A stretch of 64,000 nucleotides of DNA from Hydrolagus colliei (taxonomy: Eukaryota): assembly GCA_035084275.1 (NCBI GenBank), contig CM068748.1, positions 6,262,001-6,326,000 of the forward strand. Reading direction: 5' to 3'. The position numbers and the translations under genes are program-made. Shown one piece after another: positions 22,921-37,135 of the stretch. Below the pieces are notes generated by a model, which ran no database searches, had not been told where the DNA came from, and saw nothing but the letters and a program-made list of their open reading frames with translations. The first letter of the stretch is position 1; each line of letters begins with the position of its first letter.

Positions 22921-25464
22921 ACAACTGACTTACTCTGTATTTCTCTTCAGCTTTTCTCTTTTCAGATCTAATTACTAATAATTAGGTAGATATAAATATG
23001 TCAAGCAAGAATGATCATCGGAACGTAAAGAAATTATTGGGTTAAAAAAATGTCACCTGACAAATCCAGCAACTTTAACAATATATACTACCAAGAGCAT
23101 TCAGCCAATGAGTCACTGCAGTTAGTGGCATATGAAATTTCCATTATTTTGTATTGTTACCAATTAAGGCATTCTAAACTCCACATGTCGCTTTCTCTAG
23201 ATTTTCAATTTCAAGCATTTGACAAAAGACTCTTTAGATCAATCATTAGATAAAAGTGATTACGAGATTTTCTCAGTATTACTTAGGTTAATGAAAGGCA
23301 TCTATCACCTCATGTTTTGATTCGAAACAGAATATTTTTCTTAATTTAAACTTCAATGTGTAAGTCACAGCATTTTACTAAACTTATGTCCTTGTTTATT
23401 CAACAGGATGAGAGTTCAAATTGGTTAGGTGTAGGGTATATTGATAGGTGCCTTTCGATTGAAAATGTCAAGTCACATCAATCTCATTTGTTTCATCAAG
23501 TATGTTATAGTAGGCTTTCTGAAGTGACTAACTAAGCACCTAAATGTATCTATCATAGAGCTTAAAGCTGAAAGATTGCTTTCATTGACATGCAGACAAT
23601 TCTGACAACTACTCACTGACAAAGGACAATTATTTACCTCCATGTTTCATGTTTCACAAACACCTTTCAAATAATAACTTTATGATCTCACTTATCCCAA
23701 CAATTTATTACAACCTCTCACCCCAATTGATTTAAAGTACTGTACAGTACTATATAAACTTTGAAAAGTTCACTTCCCTAAAGTGTAGCCAAATTGGATT
23801 CATTTTTATATTGACCTCTTGAATTAAAGATGATGACCAAAAATTGACCTGAAAAAACAATTAAATTTTTTCTCAATTTAAAATAATAAGCAAATGTTAG
23901 CCACTGGAATCAATACAGACAGAGCCTGAACATGTGGCCTGATGTATATTGAACTTGCCAATTGCGGAAAGCAACATTTAAATTCAACTGGCTACAGGTG
24001 ACACAATAAATTGAAGGAAGAATAGGTCAGTTTTACAGGTTTCCTGCAGTCTACAAAAAATGGATACCACTTGACTGAAATTAGATTTCTAACAGTTCTA
24101 AAGTGCTGTATATCTGATTCTTTAATATTAAAGGATGCATGAACTCTTTCTGTCAGAGCTGATATTCCTCAAAAGCATATGCAAAACTTTTATAGATTTA
24201 TGGAAGCATATAATTTAATTATTTTTCCATGGATCGTGTGTACCACTAAAGGTGTCAGTTGCTGAATCTCACATCCTGTAGCCCCAGTTCAAAATCTCAT
24301 TACAGTATTCCCTGGAGAGGAAGCTGAGAGCCTCACACTGAACCATCACTACTCCCTCTCAGATTCTAAGTGAACTGTTGCTGCACTTCAGACCTGTGCC
24401 TAATTAATTATGAATTACTTGAAATATGGCCTGAGGTACAGGATGACCATAAATTAGTAGTTGTTGGTTGGATTACTTGCAAATAATTAGCATATCTTTC
24501 TAGTTTTGTCATTTACAAGTACTTACAAATTATATACTGTTAAATGTATTCCCTGAAATGGGGCTTTGCCAGTGATTAAAATATAAATTGAAGCTTCTCG
24601 GCTATTTTCCTAATTTGTACATTATCTACATGTTCTCGCTTAGTAAATTTGTACTACTCGAATTAGTAAATTCTAATTTACTTTGATTATGATGGCTGTT
24701 AGTACAATTGAATTCAAGTTGCCAAGTGTAAAAATATAATTAAGCATTTTACCTGTTTGCCATGTTATCTAATTTCATTTTTAAGCATTTTTGTCTTGCT
24801 TACATCTAGAAGTCATGCACATTTGTTCCAAATTCTAAATTTAAAGGAAATGAGAGGTATTTAACTTAACAGAATTGACTCTAATATGGATAAGAACAAC
24901 TAATATGTAGCATGCTCAAAGGCATGTAACTAGTTTTATCCAGTATATGTTTTAAAAAAGGTTGTTAATAATTATGAATCAATATTCTTGATTCTAGGTG
25001 ATATCAAGTAGTGAAGGAGTATTTCATCTAGTTCTTTGTCAAATGCCTTTTGGATAACTAGATACACTACATCATATTGTTTCGTACAAACAATTTGAAT
25101 ATCATCTCCTCAATAAAGTTTCTGGTTGGTCAGACACAATCTACCCTTACTGAACCTATGCTGGCTATTGTTTATTAGATTTGTATCCAAGTAATATTGC
25201 CTTTATTTTTCTAGTTCCACCATTTTCCAATTATTGACATTAGGCTAATGAGTCTGTAGTTGAAAAGTATGGTTTGATCACCGTCTTGAATATGGAAACT
25301 ATATATGCTTGCTTCAGTTGCAACCTCACCAGTGGTGATCTTAATATTTATCATACAAATCTCCTGCCTCCCAAAATAACCTGGGGTATAGATTGTCCAT
25401 TCTGGGAGATTAGTTAATTTTTTAGCTCTTGAGCCTATTTAAAACCTCACTGCATTTATGACAA

Positions 25465-25511
25465 GAGTCATGTAGCTTAATGGTTAGAGCACTCGCTTCA
25501 CAAGCAAGAGG
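25465..25511 (+). mobile_element. Truncated tRNA head of the younger SINE
   Basis: gagtcatgtagcttaatggttagagcactcgcttcacaagcaagag, ending after the anticodon arm. Confidence 0.8.
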
Positions 25512-25700
25512 ATAATAATAATAATCCTTGCATTTGATATAGGTCTTTATCACATCTTTGAGACGTCTCAAAGTACTTCACAGCATATACTGTAAAGTGA
25601 ATTGACTGTTTATTTGTGGGCAAAATGCAGCAGTCAATTGTGCACAGCAGGTCCCACAAAAAGTCATAGATTGAAATGACCAATTTATTACAGTTTTTTT
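25512..25700 (-). mobile_element. Younger SINE body and tail, inverted relative to the adjacent head
   Basis: ataataataatccttgcatttgatata...gtgcacagcaggtcccacaaa...tgaaatgaccaattt. Confidence 0.85.
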
Positions 25701-26149
25701 TTAACAGATTATTATGTTTCTGCAACAAGGTAGCAAAGAAATATATACAGAATATTGAAATTTAATTACCAATGTTATTACAGCATTTGGGATTTTATTA
25801 AGATTACTAGAAATCAATTTCATATCAAGAAAACAATCATTAAAAGCATCAAATATTCAAATAACTGTTACTGAACTCACAAATAGTTCACTATTGCAGG
25901 GATATCAGATATTCCATGGGGATAATGACAATAGTATCTCTGAAGCCTTAAAAATGATTATGCAAAGTGCTTCAATAACCCTTTGCCCTCAATGGGCTAA
26001 TTTTACACCAAAATATTCAATTGAATTCCATAGCAACAGTTCAATCTAATGGTTGCAGAGTTACAATTATCCTAATGAATAGTTTTAATTTGTTTTTTTA
26101 TTAATAAAAAAGAATCTTATTACTATCTCTGTTGCTATAGCTATATATG

Positions 26150-26340
26150 TTACTATAGCTGTGCGCAAGTTGGCTGCTGTGTTTCGCCCACAAATATGCA
26201 GTGAATTTTCCTACTCTTCTTCATCCTGCCCTGATTCCTCCGCCCCCCTGCCCTTGTCCCTACCTAACTGTAAACCTCCTTGGGACATCATCTCGATATG
26301 AAAGGAGCTATATAAATGTAAGTTTGGATTGATTGATCTC
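26150..26340 (+). mobile_element. SINE subfamily with CT-rich insert and GATT tail
   Basis: gctgtgcgcaagttggctgc...cctgcccttgtccctacctaactgta...tatataaatgtaagtttggattgattgat; same design as 52356-52560. Confidence 0.75.
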
Positions 26341-26365
26341 TTATTAATTCAAAAAATGTCATAAA

Positions 26366-26850
26366 ATGCAATGAGAAAGCATTGCTTATCCTCAACCACT
26401 CTAGTATAAATAAGGCGTAAATGATACAAAATTGCTGTCCATGTCTTCACCTGATTCCCCACCCTGATCACTCCAGGTCTTGCCAAGCACCATTGGCTCC
26501 CAAATGCAGAACAGATTGATTTCAAGATCTTCACACTCATTTTCAAATCACTTCACATCATGGTACTCGCCACCACATCTCTGATTTGCTTATACTCCAC
26601 GACCAGCTGCCTTTAATCAGCTGGCTTGGATCTTCTTAAGCTTTGTCCCCAGCTGTGCTTTTAGCCACTATGCCCTAATCTCTGGAATTCCCTGCCTCAA
26701 CCCCTTCATTTTGCCCCATCTTTGCCCCATCTTCAAATCACATCTGAGGTCTTTCCTCTTCGACAATGCCTCTCCTTTTTCCAGCTTGGTGTCAAACCAC
26801 ATTGTTTTAGCAACATAAAGATATAACACACATAAAGGGCACTTTATAAA
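26366..26850 (+). mobile_element. L2 ORF2 C-terminal fragment and 3' end
   Basis: SINKA*MIQN, HWLPNAEQIDFKIFTLIFKSLH, LWNSLP and FLFDNA. Confidence 0.8.
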
Positions 26851-26859
26851 ATCATGTAT

Positions 26860-27260
26860 AAGGGTCTTGGCGGTCCAAAGGGAGAGATATCATTGGAGTC
26901 GGGCAATGTTGTGGAGTTGGGGGAGGTACCCCAATGGAGTTTAAAGGATAGTTGCGAATCAAACAAGACACTGACGTTCCATACTGGCTCGTGAATTGGA
27001 GTGTGCATCAATGTAGTTTGATGCTATCAATGCCTGAGTTGAGAAGGCGCTGATGGGAGAAAAGCTTGAGGGTCTCTGTTTTGTTGAGATTCAATTGGAG
27101 AAAGTTAGCTCTCAGCCAAGATTTGATGTCCGACATCAGGAACAGCAGTGGTCCTGGAATGAAGGATGGAGCAGATTTTGGTATCATTTGCATAGAACTA
27201 TCTCTGCGGATGACATCATTGAGCAGGAGCATGTAAATATTGAAGAGGAATTATATGGAT
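26860..27260 (-). mobile_element. L2 RT fragment
   Basis: IYMLLLNDVIRR, YANDTK-like, SDIKSWLRANFLQLNLNKTE and LHNIARL..LS..TAKTLIH. Confidence 0.8.
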
Positions 27261-28746
27261 GTAATCATTGATTACCCAGAATACTCAAAGAAATAATAAC
27301 CATCAAAAGTTGACTATAAATCCCTGAACATATTTTATCCATTAGGAATGTTCGTTAAATCAGCAGATATTAATTAACAACTGACAGTGTTACTGTGAAG
27401 CATACTGTTTTGCCACAGGTATTTTGATTGTAAGAACAGAAAGTCAGTTGATTGATATAAGAGGCATAACTAACTAGGAAATATACTTCTGATCAATATG
27501 AATTTTCTGTGCCGACATCCATAATGACAGAAAACTGTAATGAGGCTGCAGCTGCAGTTATCTAATTTAATAGGAATTGTAGTTTTCTTTGTAATAAAAA
27601 TATCATTATTCATAAGATAAGCAATTGCCCATGAAGAAGCTGCCTGTTTGCTTGGAATACATTATTTTCAAGACCATCAGTGAATGCCAATTTCATCAGA
27701 AGGTCAACCTGTTTCCAGTACCACAGGTAATGGTGGTTCATTGCAGATGCTTACTAATGAGCTGGATTAAAATTTGCATGCTGCAGAAATCCAGTTTCCA
27801 CCCATGTAAACCATACAAACAAGTATGACTTGCTCTGTCTTCACCTCTATCTGCTGGTTAATAATGAATTGCAGGCCCCAGATCCCCAAAACAATGGTAA
27901 CAAGTTTCAGAGGTTAAAAGACTAAAGTCTGCTTTTATCGCACATAACCTTATAATCTCAGCCATGAAGCCAATTAAGCAATAAAATGTTCTCAATTGAT
28001 TTCCAAAAGTGCATTTGGAACCCACAACCCACTAACCCAGAGGTGAGAGTAGTCACCATGCCAGGTTGACACCTACATATTAAGTAAGGTATGTTTTAAT
28101 ATAATGAATACATGGGTTGAATATAATATAATCAATGTGTTCAGGTTTCCCATTGGCATTAAATGTAAAAGTCTGTGTTTTACACAAAGTTTATATTTGA
28201 GTGTTTCCTTTGTTCTAAATTGTATTCTATTCATTATTATTTGGAGGATTGTTAAGCTTAATAGCAGGAAACTTGCCAATGGTCATTTACCTCTTACAAT
28301 ACTGAGTCACACATTTTAACTGCATCAATAAGCCATTAAATGAACTAGCAGGGCATAGCTAGTTCAGCTGTGCAGAGTGGAAAAGGGATGTGTGTCTGTG
28401 TGTGTGTGTTTGGCCAAGCCACATTAGAAGTGTCACAAAGAACCGAATGGAAAGGACACATTACATTTGTAAATGAAACATCAATATGGTAGCACGCTGT
28501 TATTGAAGGAAACAGTGACTGAATGCCCACAAGCATTAGAATGTCAAGCAGTTGCAAATCCTGGAAATTTATGTGTGGCAGGTCAGCGAGCTGGATGAAC
28601 AAGCCCAGGCAATATGGTGGAAAAATTGACAGAGATACCATGAAAGGATAAATACTCATAATGGGAAATATCATAAATAATGGAAAATTATGTAAAATGT
28701 ACAGTACTTATGTCCAACTGTAATAGTAGTACATTCCTGTGGCTTC

Positions 28747-29045
28747 TGGAGTCTGGTAGATCAGTAGTTAGAGCACTCGGCTTATAAGCGAGAGACATGG
28801 GTTCAATTCCAGGCAGTGAACTTGGGCAAGTTTCCTTACTCCACACGCCTGATAATAATCCCTGAAATAAAATTAATAATCTGGTCACTTAATCTATGAC
28901 TGTTCGTGGGTTACTACTGTGCGCAATTGACTGTTGTGTTCCGCCCACAAACGTACAGTAATTTCACTTCCGTGAAAGCGCTTTGAGATGTCTAGAGGAT
29001 GTGAAAAGTGCTATATCAAATGCAAGGATTGTTGTGATTATTATT
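28747..29045 (+). mobile_element. Younger tRNA-head SINE, full length
   Basis: Head, ttgggcaagtttccttactccacacgcc linker, Deu 3' part and TTA tail. Confidence 0.9.
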
Positions 29046-30569
29046 CCAAATAAAGTAGCAGGCAAGTGTCAGTCAAAGCAAATTCATAAATATTGTTATG
29101 GCGGTAAAGTTGTTTAATCGGAAAAAAAACATGTAGATTCACTCAATCCTTTAATTCCAATTTTGCAAATCAACCTCTTTCAAATCTGCCCAGTCACTTT
29201 CTCAGAATCCTTTTATCCTTGTATCATCCATATTCAATTGCCATTTAAGTCCTTAAAGCGATATGCAACAATTACTTCATAAAAAAGGATAACTAGGCAG
29301 AAATATATTATGACACATTTCCTAAATATGGCATCATAATTTTACATAAAACATTCAGGAATGCATACAGTGCACAAGCATTGAATAAAACCATAAAAAA
29401 GTTGATTATAATTACCATTTGATAGTTAGCTTCATAACTATAGAGGAACTGTTCTAAATATTTAGAAATAGTACTTGATAGCATACACAGTAAATATTTC
29501 TAAGTGCACATGTTGTAAACTGACATGCACACATAAAGTTTTAAAAATCACAACACTTCTATGTGATTTGTATGTGAAAAACTCTTAAGAATAATTGCCA
29601 AACTTAATTGCAGTGTCTTATCCCATTAAGCATCCTATAGACCTCTAAATTCCTTTGGGGATCTTAGTTTCACTAGGCATTCCTCATAGTGCCTCTGTAT
29701 AACATTGTAGACCAGTATTGTTGTCCAACACTCATACCCTTTTCAACGTCTGCTTTCGTAAATTCAATCCCAATCATGAAATATATCATATGTGCATCCA
29801 GTTTTTAGTTTCAACATATCAAATGGCTCTAATGGCATGTTAGCCCTTTGTCAATGTGATTTTCTTTCATGGTAGCAGTTTTTTCCCATTTAGATTAAAC
29901 TTTAACTAAGTTATATTATTTGAGTTAAAGTACAATACTTTGTTCCAATATGCTTGATTCTTCTGCGTCTGAAACAATGGTAATACACAGGAAATGCAAT
30001 TCCATTAAAAGAAAAGGTACCATTCATTTTCGCGTAAATGTGAACCAACTGTTTTACGTGGCAAACATTTTACAGTGGTATTCAGATTATTTATTGCAGA
30101 AAATCTTTGGCAGAAAAAGTCCACCCAAATCTAAACTTGCCTCTTGTCTTGAATCTTCAGCTAAATCTGACAGGTATAGTCTTTGACGTGTGTTGTCAGA
30201 AACTGTAATATGGAGGTTTAGTCGTAATGTGGATTTCAACATATTTGTCTGAACCTGCACTTTTCTTCTAGAAAAGTCTTATTTTGCAATGTCACAGTGG
30301 GCCACTGTAATAAAAAAGCAAAGCATACATCCACGGAGAAAATAAACCTGTACGTATTTTCTTGCAGGAGAAAATTATTTTTTAAATGAATCATGCAGGC
30401 TGAAAATTGCCCTGAATGTAGTCACGTATACAGTCTGCCTTCATTTGTTGTGTCACAGTGATTTATCTGTCAATTCAGCAATTTTAAAGGATTCTCTCAT
30501 TTTCAATGTTCTTTTCGAGTGTCTTCTGTTCATCAAATGAATTCATTTGATATAATCTTTGCAGTTAAT

Positions 30570-30890
30570 ATAAACACTACCATGTCATTGAAACATCTCA
30601 AACTGCTGCATAGTGTTTTAGAGTAAAGTGACAATTCTATATGATGTGTGTGCATTTATCAAGAAAAGCATCAGCCAAGTTGCAAATAGCAATGTCCCAC
30701 AAATAGCCATAAGTGAATGATTTAATTTTTTTAAAAATCTTGTTGACCAGCACATTGGAAGAATCTCTCTTTGGTTTTCAGAAAGCGTCATGGAATCTTT
30801 ACTGTCCACTGAACTGGCAGACACGACCTCGGATTAACATTTCATTTGAAGGATGATGCCTCTGATAATGCAGAACTTCTGTTTATGAAG
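30570..30890 (-). mobile_element. Old DeuSINE (core and 3' part)
   Basis: Reverse complement: gttaatccgaggtcgtgtctgccagttcagtggacagtaaagattccatgac...gctatttgtgggacattgc. Confidence 0.7.
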
Positions 30891-31810
30891 ACTGAAGTGT
30901 TCATACTGCAGGCACAGGTTTGTCAAGGTGTCTATAGTGGAACAATATGAGTTGGAAGACTGCCGTTATTACATTGCGCTTGACCTCAGTTTGACTGCAA
31001 AGAAATTGGAGCTCTAAACCTAAATGATAGCAAACACAAGCACAGTGCACTACCAAACCAGTTCATGGCTAGTTTTTAATGGTTGAAGAGACCAATTCAC
31101 ATTTTACTGTTAGGCGACATTTATTGTTTAACCAGTATAAAGTCAGTGTGATGGACAAGAGAATCGAAGAGGGAATTTTGAAAGCTTGTTTTTTTTTAAA
31201 AAAAAGGGCTTTAAATGTACTATTGGATTAAAAAAAAGCATAAATGTGACACATCTCTATGTCATAAGTTAGCACAATTTGTTTTGACCATTCCATTTCA
31301 AAGATGAGAAAAGTACAACATGAAAGGTGATCTTAGGGGTCAGGATTTATAGGTTTGTGTTAGTAACCAAAATTAAATTGAGCTCAGTTTATCATTTGTT
31401 TACATTCTTACAATAAGATCATGACTGATTTAAACTTTCCTAGTCCATGAGTTAGAGACAATTAAATATTAATCGTATGGGTAAGGTCCTTTCAGTCACT
31501 GCAATGGTTTTCTTATTAAAGGTCTTATTTGCCTAATTAACAGATCACTTACACACCGCATACTTATGAAATAATTAATGCTGCCAATGTCCTGGCAGGA
31601 AATACAACCATGCACATTTAGTGTGAGAAAATTTAAGTCAATGAACTGTTTCCAAATATCGATGGATTCTGAGAAAATTATCACTGAAAATCCTCGGAAA
31701 ATGCATCCATTAAGCAATAATCAAAACAGAACTGAAGAAAAAAATGCTGCAATCTATGCATAGGGCACAGCACAAAATTGTTCTACGTGTTTTCTTTCAT
31801 TTTTATTCTC

Positions 31811-32015
31811 AACAACAACAACTTTGATTTATATAGCACCCTCCACGCCGGACGGCATCTCAGAGCGCTTCACAACAACAGATCCCAGGAGCGAGCCAGG
31901 AGCAGGGGTAGAAAGGTGACCAAAAGCGCAGTCGAAGAGAAAGGTCTTTAGCTGGGAACTAAAACTGGTGAAGGGAGGGCGCGAAGCGAAGGGAGTGAGG
32001 AATAGAGTTCCAGAG
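31811..32015 (-). mobile_element. Young L2 3' end
   Basis: CpG-retaining tail gtgaagcgctctgagatgccgtccggcgtggagggtgctatataaat...gttgttgttg; ctctggaactct (LWNS) and FLFDC. Confidence 0.85.
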
Positions 32016-32788
32016 ATTGCAACTCCTAATTATTCCCCTAATTATTCTCACCGCTAAAGTCTCCAAAGATGGAATATAGTTAACCGAGAGGATCCTTCAA
32101 TGTGACCAACATGCAATCACTACAGTACTTAGAAGAGAGCAAGGTGGAAAATTGGTTCATCCTAATAAGCAACTGAAATTGTTCCCTCTGTCAATTTCAG
32201 TTGCTGAAGATTATCCATGAAGCCATGTTTCAGCATTTGGTCAAATGGATGAACACGACCGAACTTCAAACACCAAAATAATAGGAATGCTAACAACATA
32301 ACTTACTTACATATCATCTTTCACGTAACGAACTCTCATAAAACACTTTCCAGGGATTGTAAATCTCCAAGCAAGACAGAAGGAAGAGAGGGTAAGAGGA
32401 AAATATCTGAAGGCATGGACAAAAAATGGCTTTGATGATATGCAGAGAGGATAATTTTGGGAAGGAATTCCAGACAGCAGCTTAGTGGTTGAAAACCTGA
32501 TGGTCAAAGGTTCACCATTTATGTTTTACACAGGATGTTATTTTACATTTCTTACAATTTGATTTGAATAATTTGCTGTTTCAATGAATTATTTGCTTCT
32601 ACGATATTTGAGTTACGACCCTAAATGTAGGGGGAAGAATCACTGTTAAATACACAAGTGTCAGTGTTCATTTTCTTATCTTTTGATTAAGTAAATTAAA
32701 TGTGTGAGGTAACTAGAGGCGGCAGGCTATTACAGTAAACGTACTTAGGAGACAAGAATAATGAATTTGTCAATCCTAATCCTAACAA

Positions 32789-34637
32789 TTAGCGAGTAAG
32801 ATTAAGGGGAAGCCTAAGGTTTTTTACCAACATATTAAGAGTAAAAGGTTGGTCAAGGATAGGGTGGGGCCAATTAGGGACCTAGGAGGAAATCTCATTG
32901 TGGAGGCAGAGGGCATGGCTGATGTACTGAATGAGTACTTCGCCTCTGTCTTCACAAAAGAAAAGGATACAGCCAATGCCATGGTATTGGAGGAGAGGGT
33001 AGGAGAAATGGATAGAATAATTATAACCAGAGAGGAAGTTCTTAAAAGGTTGATGTCACTCAAGGTGGATAAGTCACCTGGTCCGGATGGGATGCACCCT
33101 AGGTTACTAAGGGAGGCACGGGAGCAAATAGCAGGGACTTCTGGCCACGATCTTTCAATCTTCCTTGGACACAGGGGTCGTGCCAGAGGACTGGAGGATA
33201 GCTAATGTTACTCCCTTGTATGAAAAGGGGCAGAAGGACAAGCCTGGTAACTACAGACCAGTCAGTCTAACGTCAGTAGTGGGCAAACTTCTAGAGTCCA
33301 TAATCAGGGACAAGGTAGATCTTCACTTAGAAAGATATAGGCTAATAAAGGACAGTCAACATGGATTTGTTAAAGGCAAATCTTGCCTTACAAATCTGAT
33401 AGAATTTTTTGATGAGGTAACGGAATGGGTGGATAATGGTAGCGCAGTTGATGTAGTTTACATGGACTTTCAAAAGGCATTTGACAAAGTGCCACATGAG
33501 AGACTTATTAGGAAATTAAAGGCCCATGGTGTAAAAGGGACAGTGGCAGCGTGGATCCATAACTGGCTGCGAGACAGAAAGCAGAGAGTTGTAGTGAGCG
33601 GCTGTTTTTCAGACTGGAGGGAAGTGAGCAGTGGTGTGCCACAGGGATCAGTTTTGGGACCATTGCTGTTTGTAATCTACATTAATGATCTGGACTTGGG
33701 TGTACGGAGTACAGTTTCCAAGTTTGCAGATGACACTAAGTTAGGGAGAATAGTAAATAGTGAGGAGGATAGTAGCCATCTGCAAGAGGATATAGACAAA
33801 TTGGTAAAGTGGGCAGACACATGGCAGATGAAGTTTAATGCAGAGAAGTGTGAGGTGATGCATTTTGGGAGAAGAAATGAAGGGAGGCAATATAGGCTAG
33901 ATAGTACAATTTTAAATGGTGTGAAGGAACAGAGAGACCTGGGGATTTGTGTTAGTGACTCGTTGAAGGTGGCAGGACAGGTAGACAAGGCTGTTAAGAA
34001 GGCATATGGGATACTAGGCTTTATAAATAGGGGTATAGAGTACAAAAGTCAGGAAGTGCTGACTAAGACTTTGGTGAGGCCTCAGCTGGAATACTGTGTT
34101 CAATTCTGGTCACCACACTACAGAAAGGATGTGAAGACTTTGGAAAGGGTACAAAGAAGATTTACTAGGATGGTGCCAGGATTGAGGGACTTCAGCTATG
34201 AGGAGAGGCTAGATAGGCTAGGGTTATTCTCTCTGGAGCAGAGAAGATTGAGGGGAGACCTAATAGAGGTTTATAAGATCATGAGGGGTTTCGACAGGGC
34301 AAATAGAGAAAAACTATTTCCACTCGTGGGCGAATCTGTGACTCGTGTTCACAGATTTAAAATAGTTTCAAGGCGAAGTAGAGGGGAGCTGAGGAGAAAT
34401 GTTTTCACTCAGCGAGTTGTTCGAATCTGGAATGCATTGCCTGAAACGGTGGTGGAGGCTGGTTCGATAACAACTTTTAAAAGGGAATTAGATCTTTATT
34501 TAGGGAGAACAGGTCTATTAGGCTATGGGGAGCGGGCAGGGCAGTGGGATTGAATCGCTCTTTTCAAAGAGCCGGCACAGACTAGATGGGCCGAATGGCC
34601 TCCTTTTGTGCCGTACAATTCTATGAATCTATGAATC
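32789..34637 (+). mobile_element. Young 5'-truncated CR1 LINE (copy 1)
   Basis: Starts LASKIKGKPKVFYQHIKSKR; full RT; 3' UTR stem-loop cggcaca..ggccgaatggcc..tgtgccg; (tctatgaa)n tail. Confidence 0.97.
32849..34553 (+). pseudogene. CR1 ORF2 reverse transcriptase with one +1 frameshift near 33137-33141
   Basis: ORFs 32849-33205 and 33165-34553 join to REQIAG/LATIFQSSLDTGVVPEDW; motifs DFQKAFDKVPH, GVPQGSVLGP, FADD and LEYCVQFWSP. Confidence 0.95.
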
Positions 34638-36797
34638 ATTCACACACAAGGTTCTCCCACCAGTAAATTAGCCAACAACAATTTTGTCCTTGCCAGGAAA
34701 TGGTTTAAATGCATGTGATTTGAATGTAGCAAAACATGTCCAAACAATTCTTAAACCTTCCATAAAACTGAATGATTGCCAAAAATGCTGTACAGCTTTA
34801 TTGAATAAAACATATACATAATCATAATGTACAATTTGCTATTTGTTCAGCGGAATCCATAAGTATTTGCCTATGAAAAAGTAAATGATTAATACAGAAT
34901 CCACCCCAAAAAAATATTTAAAGCATTGAAGATTATTATTAGAAGAAACAGATGTAATATTAGATACAAGCTGTCTAAACTTAAGTATCAAATGTCTAAC
35001 TTCTCTGTTTTTCAATTGAATAATGCTTTATCAGCTATTTTTGAATTAAAGCGCAAAGGTATTGGTATCTTTTCGAAACAGTTGAAAATGTTTAAACATT
35101 TGAGTCGTGCATCATTTAGCCATTCTTTTAAATGTATTACTACTTCATTGAAGCATTGCATTAATAGAGTTTAGAATTTGAAGAAAGGCTGAAGCAGGGA
35201 TTGTATCTGCCACATCAACTGATGTACTAGATAGATGCTTCATTCATAGATCACACTATAAGTACTGTACAGTGGTGCATGAACAAAATAATACAGATCT
35301 GGTGTATGAAATGTGATATCCCATTTTATGAAGCACACAGGAGAGTATGAAAACATATGGGTTGAATTTACAGGAAACAAACATTTAAAGAATTAATGAT
35401 GGTTTACATTTTGTTTTTGCGGTGATACGTTTCCTCTCAAGTACTCCAGGGTGGGCCTGTGTCTTCACTTAACCGGACAGCAAGTGGGGCAGAATACAAT
35501 CAATTCAATCATAGCCGGGCATGTGAGCAGCCAGCCATCTGACTGTGAAGTTAGCGAGATTAACCAGGTCCATCACTTAGTGATGGTTAAAGCACTCAAT
35601 GATTCAAACCACTTAGTAAATAGTAAATTATAGTTATCATAATAATAAAAATGATTATCAATAATATCAATAATGATTATTATTATCAAGAGAATACTAT
35701 CAAGCTTGTCAATCTTGCTTTTAGTACTTCTGAACATCAATAGTTTGAAAAATATACACCCTTCATGGGGTCAATTTTTTTTTAATGACATATAGGATCA
35801 GAGTACAGGATGATCTGTTGAAGACAACATTTGGGCAAATGCATAAGTGAAAAGTACAGAAAAAATTATACATTGGACTGAATTGCAGTAGTATCATACT
35901 GGGTATTTATCAAAATACTGTATCTTTTTTTTTCCAGAATGGCACTGAACTTAATTGATTGTTGCTAACATTGTTGGCTGAATAAAAGCAAAGAGTGAAT
36001 AATGCCATTTCTTCAATTGTACCTGACATGCAGATATTTCATGAGGAAAATCCAAGTGTTATACAAATACATGCCTCAACGAATGTCCACACACATTTAA
36101 AAATCAATAGAAATAATGGTAACCTTACAACAACCAGTTGCACCATCAGTGTCACAGAGTAATGTGTTTGCAATCAGCAGTAGTTCCTCAAGGTCCAACC
36201 TTTCCACCAGAGGCATAACAAAATATATATTAAGTTGTTGAACTGTGAAGTCAATTTTAACTCAAATCAAAGAAATGCTAGCCATGAGCAGGGGGTCACT
36301 GGAGCCCATTTATATTTTTGGTCGACTTCAGGTTGTAGCTTGGAATAAAGAAGGTGAAGAATGATTGTTTCTGTGACCCTCTGCCAAGAATGCTGTGAAG
36401 CAAGCCTTAGTTGAGGCGAAAGGAAACTATTCCAATCAGCAAGAGTCTTGAGTTGGTAGTTGAAACTGGCTCAGAACAGATGAAATTGGTTTGCTGAGGA
36501 ACATAGGCATCCATAGAAGCCTCATGTTATTTATTTATTGGGAGTTTGGAAATATACTTGAAACTCCCGGATCTTAACTTTTTTTTAAATAATGCACAAA
36601 ATGAGTAACCACGTGCTTATATTTATTTTTTGTATGCCGCATTGGTGACAAACAAAACAAATTGCTTTCGTACCTTGTTGATAAGTTAAACTGAAACAAA
36701 ATAACCTGAATATGTTATTACAAATAAAATGTAATATTAGTAACAAGCTTCACATAATAGGGTATAATGAAGAATTTACTCAGGTCTGTTTTATCTG

Positions 36798-36945
36798 AAT
36801 TATAGAAATTTCAGAAGGAGGCCATTTGGCCCACTAAGTCTATTCTGCTGCAAGTTCCCCCACTGGAGCTCTCCATTTTAATTCCAATTCCCTGTCGTTT
36901 CCCTGTAGTCTTTTATATTGTTCCACTTCAAATATTTATAGAATT
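36798..36945 (-). mobile_element. Old CR1 3' end
   Basis: atagaaatttcagaaggaggccatttggcccac is the reversed CR1 3' stem-loop and tail. Confidence 0.55.
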
Positions 36946-37135
36946 ATAGAATTTGACAGTCTCTTACTACTTTGATATTCATAGTTGGAATTCTAAGAGA
37001 TCTGGCCTGTCTATTTCAAGTATGATTAATTAGCTTCCTGATGCAACTCAATGGGAATGGATAAAAACTAACTAGGCAGGATTCAGCTTGAGAAAATGTC
37101 TGTGAACAGTTCCCAATATGTAGTTCAAAAATGAG

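Noticed and set aside
28341-28366. 9-bp perfect hairpin (and an 8-bp one near 20025)
   Set aside because: Roughly what chance predicts for a window this size.
30100-30173. Plus-strand ag/gt-bounded micro-exon candidates (also 53331-53365)
   Set aside because: Weak or isolated splice signals, no recognisable peptide, and such pairs are expected by chance in 64 kb.
33677-34045. 122-aa antisense ORF (and 37867-38187)
   Set aside because: Shadow frames of CR1 ORF2.
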